Shown: one piece after another, positions 57,734 to 64,000 of the stretch
Layout: every line of letters begins with the position of its first letter
Position numbering within the stretch: position 1 is the stretch's first letter
Sequence record: SRR20825010_3141
Strand: one strand, 5' to 3'
Length of the DNA stretch: 64,000 bases
Notes under the pieces: generated by a model
The model's input: the letters and a program-made list of their open reading frames with translations, nothing else
Databases searched by the model: none
Told to the model about the DNA's origin: nothing
Translations under genes and position numbers: made by a program

Positions 57734-58126
57734 GTGGCCAAAAAATCTGGTGGACCGAACAAGTCACAAGCGATTCGTGATTACTACGGAGCGAACCCCG
57801 ACGCCAAGCCAATGGAAGTTGCGGCTGAACTGAGCAAGAAGGGAATCGTCGTCACGCCTGCTTTCGTTAGCACCGTGAAGTCCACCACCATGGGCAAGTC
57901 TGCTAAGAAGTCCGCTCGCAAGTCGGCTAAGAAGTCGGCTCCAAGCGTGAAAAAGAGCAGCACAGGGGCCAAACGCGGTCGTCCAGTTGGTAGCACCAAC
58001 AAGGCAACAGCAAGCAACGAAGTTTCGTTGGACTCACTGTTGCAAGTGAAGCGCATCGTGGAAGAAATGGGCAGCGTCCAAGATGCAAAGAATGCTTTGA
58101 CCGCACTCGAAAAATTGATGGGCTAA
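57734..58126 (+). CDS. Small basic protein, candidate nucleoid-associated DNA-binding protein
   Basis: GTG with GGAG SD; HTH-like N-terminus, KSA(K/R) repeats, KRGRP AT-hook-like motif, amphipathic C-terminal helices. Confidence 0.8.
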   Translation: MAKKSGGPNKSQAIRDYYGANPDAKPMEVAAELSKKGIVVTPAFVSTVKSTTMGKSAKKSARKSAKKSAPSVKKSSTGAKRGRPVGSTNKATASNEVSLDSLLQVKRIVEEMGSVQDAKNALTALEKLMG

Positions 58127-58179
58127 GACTCGTTCAAGCGAGTCATTTGTCCTTCCGATCAAAATCATTGATCGAGTCA

Positions 58180-58215
58180 GCAGCGAACCATGACAATTTG
58201 GTTCGCTGTTTTTTT
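58180..58215 (+). terminator. Intrinsic terminator
   Basis: CAGCGAACCA-N8-TGGTTCGCTG followed by T7. Confidence 0.85.
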
Positions 58216-58327
58216 ATGCGCCCGGAGAAGTGGTCAATGCTTTGTCCGCTTGAGTTCGGCCGTCCAACGGACGAGAAGTCCATAGACGAATCGTCAAACG
58301 GTATCGAACCTTCGCATCGCCGGTGGG

Positions 58328-60436
58328 CTATTTGGGGAAATCGAGAACACCATCCCATCCCGGGGGGGCAATTCGATGATGTTGCAAAATCAGGCGTAGC
58401 AACACGTCCTTGGGACGGTCCCATGCTGGTAGTTCCAATAGTCGTTGGTAGGCCGAATCCCAATCACCACTGGCAAACTCTTCCCACCCCTTCTCATAAG
58501 CCTTGATCTGCGAATCCGTGAGGTCTTGGGGGCCACCGCTTGGAACGACCAATTGATAGACGTCGACCGGGATTTTCATGCCGGCAACTCGGACGCGACC
58601 TAATTTGCGAAGCCGAAACGGTGAGGGCTCATCGGTGGTTGGTATGTGTTTGAGCCAAGCTTGCAATGCACTCGCTGAGGCGTGGTCCATGAGGACCTCG
58701 ACTCCGAAGTGCTTGGTTAGGCCTTCTAATCGACTCGCCAGATTCACGACCGGGCCAAACGCCGTGACTTTGACCTGATCGACCGTTCCGATTCGACCCG
58801 CGACGGCAGGGCCAGATGCGATGCCAATTCCGCAACGAAATTCCGTTTGCCCCGTCGCATAATCCTTTCGGATTCCTGCCGCGGCTTTGGCGGCCGCGAG
58901 AACACTGGCAACGACGTGGGCCGATGCTGAGAGGTCTGAATGCGGATCGGACAATTGCAGCTCAATGGGCCAGCCCCAGAATCCCATGGCAGCGTCACCG
59001 TGGAAGTCTCCGATCACGCCACCGTTGTCGAGGATGTGACGGGTCATCACACCCAACGCCGCACTGACCTGTTCGAGTAATAGGAGTAATTGGTCACTCT
59101 GCATCTCCGAAGTTCGTGAAAAACCGCGAAGGTCGCAGAACATCACCGATAAATCGCATTGTCGAGGTTGCAACCAGCTTTGTGGGTCCTGGCCTGACAA
59201 CGCGTCGAGAACGACGGGTGCGAAGAAGCGTCTCATTGCCAAGTGACGTTGTTGAAAGTGAGACGTTTGTCGGATACCTGAGATCAGAGATCCCACCACC
59301 TCCGCAAACTTCACGTCGTCACCCAATCGATCTGCCAGTGTGGCGGAGTCGTCAGAGAGTTCTTTCCAGTTGGATCCCAGTGCGCGTGACCCCGCGACAT
59401 AGATGGCCCACCCCGAGCACGCTTCGCTTGTTAGAGGTACGCAAAAAGCCCAGTCAACATTCTCAGCCGCAGTGAACTCGATGCCACCATTGCGTTCGGT
59501 TTCCCATAAATGCAGAACACTTTCGCGGCGGTGAAGTGCTGTTGTGACCAAGCGAGCACTGACTGCGTGTTGTTGCGATCCATTGTCGCGGCAATCGTAG
59601 TGCAACACCTTCATGTCCGAAGGCGTTTCATTCTTAGGGGCATCGATATCGGAACCGACACGATCGGGAACATTTGCACGGACGATGGCCACCGCGGATG
59701 CCGATGGAGTCGCGCGTAGCAATGTGTCGGAAACGCGAACCAATAGTTCTTCATCGTCGACACTGCCGGCGACGATGTCGGGAAGGCGAGCAAGCAGTTG
59801 AATGCGACGTCGAGTGTCACGAAAGTCTCTTTCGCGCAATACCGATGCGTCGAATGCCATCTCCGTGACACCCTCGGCACTGCCGATCATGGCAGAGCGT
59901 TGCGACGGAGGGATCGGGCCTTCGCGTGGCGTCGACGCATCAATGGCACGCTCTTGAATGGACTGGCCTCGCATCACATGGCTGACGTCGTCCGTGAATC
60001 CGGGACGGCGTGCGAGCGTGAAGGTGGTTTCACCAATCACGAAGTGTTCGCCAGGCACAACCACAAATCTGTCTCGGGGGCGACCGCGAAAGAAAATGGG
60101 GTTGCGTGCTCGAGCGTCTCGATGAACCTGAATGCGATCGTTTTCCATGATGGTTAGAATCGCGTGGCAGCGTGAGATCGATTGATCCCAAGCGACTTGC
60201 CAATGAATTGTGCGTGTCCGCCGACGGTCTCGCTGAAGGTTGATTTCTCGTTCGGTTGGTTCTGAATCCGCTGTGTCGGTGTCGGACAGTTCGCCACCGG
60301 AAGACTGCAGAGCGATTGGATCCGGCGAACCGGATGGTTGGCGGCCTAACAATACGTCCACGCCGGCGACCAATTCGGGAAGACCTTTGCGCCAACGGAA
60401 TCCGTCCCCGGCACCTTGAGCAATCAAATCAGGCAT
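58328..60436 (-). CDS. Class III adenylate/guanylate cyclase with N-terminal FHA and central GAF-like domains
   Basis: FHA residues LLGR / SISRCH / RNP; cyclase motifs MFCDLRGFS, GDAAM, GIGIASG, VNLASRLEG. Confidence 0.88.
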   Translation of the reverse strand: MPDLIAQGAGDGFRWRKGLPELVAGVDVLLGRQPSGSPDPIALQSSGGELSDTDTADSEPTEREINLQRDRRRTRTIHWQVAWDQSISRCHAILTIMENDRIQVHRDARARNPIFFRGRPRDRFVVVPGEHFVIGETTFTLARRPGFTDDVSHVMRGQSIQERAIDASTPREGPIPPSQRSAMIGSAEGVTEMAFDASVLRERDFRDTRRRIQLLARLPDIVAGSVDDEELLVRVSDTLLRATPSASAVAIVRANVPDRVGSDIDAPKNETPSDMKVLHYDCRDNGSQQHAVSARLVTTALHRRESVLHLWETERNGGIEFTAAENVDWAFCVPLTSEACSGWAIYVAGSRALGSNWKELSDDSATLADRLGDDVKFAEVVGSLISGIRQTSHFQQRHLAMRRFFAPVVLDALSGQDPQSWLQPRQCDLSVMFCDLRGFSRTSEMQSDQLLLLLEQVSAALGVMTRHILDNGGVIGDFHGDAAMGFWGWPIELQLSDPHSDLSASAHVVASVLAAAKAAAGIRKDYATGQTEFRCGIGIASGPAVAGRIGTVDQVKVTAFGPVVNLASRLEGLTKHFGVEVLMDHASASALQAWLKHIPTTDEPSPFRLRKLGRVRVAGMKIPVDVYQLVVPSGGPQDLTDSQIKAYEKGWEEFASGDWDSAYQRLLELPAWDRPKDVLLRLILQHHRIAPPGWDGVLDFPK

Positions 60437-60507
60437 GCGGTGGTGTCGTCCGTGAGTGGAGGGTGGCGAATCGCAAGTTTTGATTTTCTATGATCGAGTC
60501 GTGTGTC

Positions 60508-61812
60508 TCAAGCATCTTCTGTTTGTACCGCGGCCAGTCCGGCGGCGCGGCCCGTGCTGAAGGCGGCTTGGAAGTTGTACCCTCCAATCCAGCCGTCAAC
60601 GTCCAAAATTTCGCCGGCGATAAAGAGGCCTTTTGCCAATCGACTTTGCATCGTTCGCGGATCAACTTCACTCAGTTTGACACCGCCGGCAGTGACTTCT
60701 GCTTTCGCGAATCCACGGGTTCCATTGACTGGTAGGTGCCAACGTTTGAGTTTTTCGATCATCAAATTGGCGTCTTTGTTCGGCAACTCGGCGAGCTTGC
60801 AGTTTGCATTGGTCGGATGGCTTCCTTCGCAGATCGCGAGTGCTAAGCGAGATGGCACCCATTGTTGCAAAACGTTCGCCACCGTCCGTTTGCCAGCTTC
60901 GCCCGACCGGCGGCCAAGGACTTCACGGAGTTCGGCTTCACTGAGTTCAGGAACCAAATCCAATCGCATAACCGAATCTTGGATCCGCTCGTAAGCAGTC
61001 ATGACACCACTGACATCCATCGCAGCCGGGCCCGAGAAACCAAAATGGGTGAATAGCCAGGAGGACCGTCGTTGAACTTTAGGCTTCTTGCCTGATCGAT
61101 GGTCAGGAGTGAAGACTGAGACGTTGACGTCAGGCAGCGTTAGGCCGGATAGAGCTTGGGTTGCATCCGTGCCGCCCACCAAAGGAACCAGTGCGGGACG
61201 CGTCGTCACGATTGTGTGCCCGAGGGCTCGCAACCAATCGTACCCGTCGCCTGTCGTTCCGCACCCTGGCCAACTTCGTCCGCCGGATGTCACGATGACT
61301 CGGTCGGCGAAGATCTCGTCGGCACAACCGTTTTGCTCGAAACTGATTCGCCACTGGCTGGATGAGTCCGACGGCGGAAGAATGCTTTGGACCGCGCAAC
61401 GCAGTTCCAAACGGACTCCGGCATCCAGCATGGATTGATGCAAAGCGTCTCGGACGTCGATGGCTCGGTTGCTAACAGGAAACATTTTGCCCGTCTCTTC
61501 GCGTTTGGTTTCCACGCCCAATTCGTGAAACATCGCGATGACATCAGAGGGGCCAAACTTGCCAATGCTCGGTTGCAAAAAACGTTTCGCGTGACCGAAC
61601 GCTTCGGTGATGCCCTTGGAGTCGGTGTCGTGAGTGATGTTGCAGCGAGTGCCGCCAGACATCAGGATTTTCACGCCCGTTTTGGTGTTTTTTTCGAGCA
61701 ACGTGACGCGTGCGCCCGATTGAGCGGCCACGGCAGCGGCCATCATTCCCGCCGCCCCGGCTCCCACGACGACGATGTGGAGACCGGTTGATTGGGTGGC
61801 CACTTGGGTCAA
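60508..61812 (-). CDS. HI0933/YhiN-family flavoprotein
   Basis: GAGAAG, KILMSGGTRCNIT, TGDGY, LFTHFGFSGPA, TAGGV, GEILDVDGWIGGYN. Confidence 0.92.
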   Translation of the reverse strand: MTQVATQSTGLHIVVVGAGAAGMMAAAVAAQSGARVTLLEKNTKTGVKILMSGGTRCNITHDTDSKGITEAFGHAKRFLQPSIGKFGPSDVIAMFHELGVETKREETGKMFPVSNRAIDVRDALHQSMLDAGVRLELRCAVQSILPPSDSSSQWRISFEQNGCADEIFADRVIVTSGGRSWPGCGTTGDGYDWLRALGHTIVTTRPALVPLVGGTDATQALSGLTLPDVNVSVFTPDHRSGKKPKVQRRSSWLFTHFGFSGPAAMDVSGVMTAYERIQDSVMRLDLVPELSEAELREVLGRRSGEAGKRTVANVLQQWVPSRLALAICEGSHPTNANCKLAELPNKDANLMIEKLKRWHLPVNGTRGFAKAEVTAGGVKLSEVDPRTMQSRLAKGLFIAGEILDVDGWIGGYNFQAAFSTGRAAGLAAVQTEDA

Positions 61813-62024
61813 AACGTTGGCGTCCTATTCGTCTTCAAGAAGGTGGTTGGCTTCGCTCGGGTACCGTCGGCAACCATCTTGGCGAGGGGGAATCATTCGA
61901 CGGCAACCGCTGATTGGCGGATTGGGATCACAAATCTGAATTGCATTTTGTTATCTCATTGACTAACTCTGATCTTACATCACAAGCGAAGACTCGTTCA
62001 CACCCCCTTTTTTTCCATAGTGAA

Positions 62025-63152
62025 ATGAGCGGCACCACTCCAAACGCCTCCTGTCACGGATTTCGGTTCTCAGAGGCGCGAGCTCTTATCTCCGATTTGC
62101 AGCGTCCCAATCAAGCCATCTACTGGATTGACTTTTTGGGCTCGATTTTGGCGGGGCACGTGTTCCTCCACGGTATCTTTTTGTTGCCCTGGTTTTACGG
62201 ATTCACACCGCAGGTTTGGGCTGGGATGGCCGTGTGCTATGTGTTGACACTCATCCTCTACATGCGGGCGTTGATGTTCATCCATGAACTGGTGCATTTA
62301 CCAGAGAAAGGGTTCACCGCTTTTCGCATCGCATGGAACGCTCTTTGTGGAATTTTCTTCTTTGTGCCTTCGTTCCTTTACTATCCGCACGTCGACCACC
62401 ATCGAAGAAAGCACTACGGGACTGAGCACGACGGTGAATATTTGCCTTTGAGCAACCGTGGGCCGTGGTTGATCGCAGTCTTCATCGGGCAAGCGTTGTT
62501 TCTGCCCCTTCTGGCGATCTTTCGTTTTCTGGTCGTCAGCCCGGTGTGCTGGATCGTGCCGAGTTTGCGACCGCTCGTTCATCGTCACCTTTCGACCATG
62601 GTCGTTGATCCCTTTTATGAACGTCCCGATGCATCTCCCAAGGTGATGCGAATCGTGTTGTTACAAGAAGCTTTGTGTTTTGCCTGGTGTGTGTGGTTCC
62701 TGATTCGCGGCGGAATTTTGCGAGATCAATGGCTCGATCCGTTTTGGTTGATTGCTTATGCGGTTGGCGTCGGGATTCTCGTGCTGAACGAGGTTCGTAC
62801 GCTGGGGGCTCATCGATGGACGAATGACGGTGGCGAGATGAGCTTTTCGGAACAGTTGCTGGACTCTGTGAACTATCCCAATCACGCTTGGGCCAGTGAA
62901 CTATGGGGGCCAATTGGAACCCGTTTTCATGCCTTGCATCACTTGTTTCCAAGGCTGCCGTATCACAACTTGGGCAAAGCTCACCGGCGACTCACTGAAG
63001 GGTTGCCTGCTGATTCGATTTATCATCAGACTTCTGCGGAATCATTGTTCTCAGAGATCGCGGCGCTTTGGCGACGTTCGAGAGCCTCTGAACACGGCAA
63101 TGTCGTCCCGGCGGAGACGTCTGATTCCAACCATGTGGTTCCGTCAACTTGA
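62025..63152 (+). CDS. Membrane fatty acid desaturase family protein
   Basis: His boxes HELVH, HVDHH and HALHH; TM segments; start ATG 62025. Confidence 0.85.
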   Translation: MSGTTPNASCHGFRFSEARALISDLQRPNQAIYWIDFLGSILAGHVFLHGIFLLPWFYGFTPQVWAGMAVCYVLTLILYMRALMFIHELVHLPEKGFTAFRIAWNALCGIFFFVPSFLYYPHVDHHRRKHYGTEHDGEYLPLSNRGPWLIAVFIGQALFLPLLAIFRFLVVSPVCWIVPSLRPLVHRHLSTMVVDPFYERPDASPKVMRIVLLQEALCFAWCVWFLIRGGILRDQWLDPFWLIAYAVGVGILVLNEVRTLGAHRWTNDGGEMSFSEQLLDSVNYPNHAWASELWGPIGTRFHALHHLFPRLPYHNLGKAHRRLTEGLPADSIYHQTSAESLFSEIAALWRRSRASEHGNVVPAETSDSNHVVPST

Positions 63153-64000
63153 GCGACCGTTCGCATACGCTCGGAGAAGCGAACATCGAATCGTTTGCTA
63201 CCCACACCGCCTACTTTTGTTGTCCCGCATGGGGCGTCAGAGAATGGCGATCGTTTGATCAGATCTCATTGCCCATCAGCGATCTGGGTTTTCGCCAGGG
63301 TGTGACCGCAGTCGAACGGCTTCGGACCTATGGCGGAATGGTATTCTGTGCCGAGCAGCATTTGCTGAGACTGCGTGAGACGCTTCGATTGTTGAAGATC
63401 GAAAATGGACCTTCCACCGGTCAGCTCGAGGGGTTGATTGAGGAATGTTTGAAATTGAACGCTGAGTTGGTCCGGCAGGTTGATGTGGGGATGACCATTT
63501 GGGTGACCGCGGGATCATCCAAGTTTGATCCCACCTGGGCTGTGCACCTCAACGCGATCGACCACGAGGCGGTGGCAATTCGTCAAATGCATGGTCAGCC
63601 CATCGTCATCACCAGTGTGGTCCAGCCACCGATGGAGTCGTGGCCTCGCCAGGCGAAAGTTCGAAATCGCTTGCACTACTATCTTGCTGATCTCGAAGCA
63701 AAGCAGGTCGATCCCGACGCGACGGGGATGCTGCTGGATTTGGACGGCAGTGTGACGGAGTCGAGTGTGGCGAACGTCGCGATTGTCCGCGAAGGTCGAT
63801 TGGTCGTCCCACCGGAAAAAAAAGTGTTAAAAGGAGTGACGATTGGCCTCCTTCGGGGGTGGGCGAATGTGCAGGGGATCTCGTGTCTGGAGTCGCCTTT
63901 AATGCCGGATGACCTTCATGCAGCTGATGAGATTTTGCTTGCAGGGACGGATACGGGCGTCTGGTTTGCCAGCAGGTGCGGGCAAGGGGAGGCACCGCGT
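63149..64000 (+). CDS. Class IV PLP-dependent aminotransferase / aminodeoxychorismate lyase-like (runs off the window)
   Basis: Absent from the ORF track because it has no stop in the window; TTG overlaps the desaturase TGA; translates to SDLGFRQGVTAVERLRT, HLLRL, AKVRNRLHY, VTESSVANV, LKGVT, DEILLAGT. Confidence 0.85.
   Translation, partial: MSDRSHTLGEANIESFATHTAYFCCPAWGVREWRSFDQISLPISDLGFRQGVTAVERLRTYGGMVFCAEQHLLRLRETLRLLKIENGPSTGQLEGLIEECLKLNAELVRQVDVGMTIWVTAGSSKFDPTWAVHLNAIDHEAVAIRQMHGQPIVITSVVQPPMESWPRQAKVRNRLHYYLADLEAKQVDPDATGMLLDLDGSVTESSVANVAIVREGRLVVPPEKKVLKGVTIGLLRGWANVQGISCLESPLMPDDLHAADEILLAGTDTGVWFASRCGQGEAPR

Overview
A gene-dense, mid-GC core-chromosome segment from a planctomycete, probably Rhodopirellula or a close relative. 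This is inferred from the PVC-type CxxCH proteins, a YTV-type repeat protein and FG-GAP/ASPIC-UnbV proteins. It holds about 42 protein-coding genes. Housekeeping genes include rpsO-pnp, argS, rsfS, rbgA, cls, ndh and bcp. Other content includes an L-fucose cluster (GH29, aldo/keto reductase, FucP), two unrelated phosphatases (PhoD and PhoA family), an orphan RtcB, an MscK-like channel, a tandem pair of atypical Hsp70 ATPases and an FHA-fused class III cyclase. I saw no rRNA, tRNA, CRISPR array, transposase, integrase or prophage. Five observations stand out. (1) The secreted YTV protein is internally mirror-symmetric: Cys/Cys, Trp/Trp, seven Pro/Tyr and seven charge pairs all fall on one anti-diagonal, predicting a roughly 55-nm antiparallel beta-hairpin. 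(2) A PhoA-family alkaline phosphatase appears circularly permuted. (3) A stand-alone small basic protein with an AT-hook is a candidate nucleoid-associated protein. (4) The cyclase has Asp at the ATP-specifying Lys position. (5) A 500-nt, densely structured leader lies between rpsO and pnp. All calls come from reading motifs by eye; no searches were run. Several start codons were moved from the ORF track using SD sites, overlaps or signal peptides.
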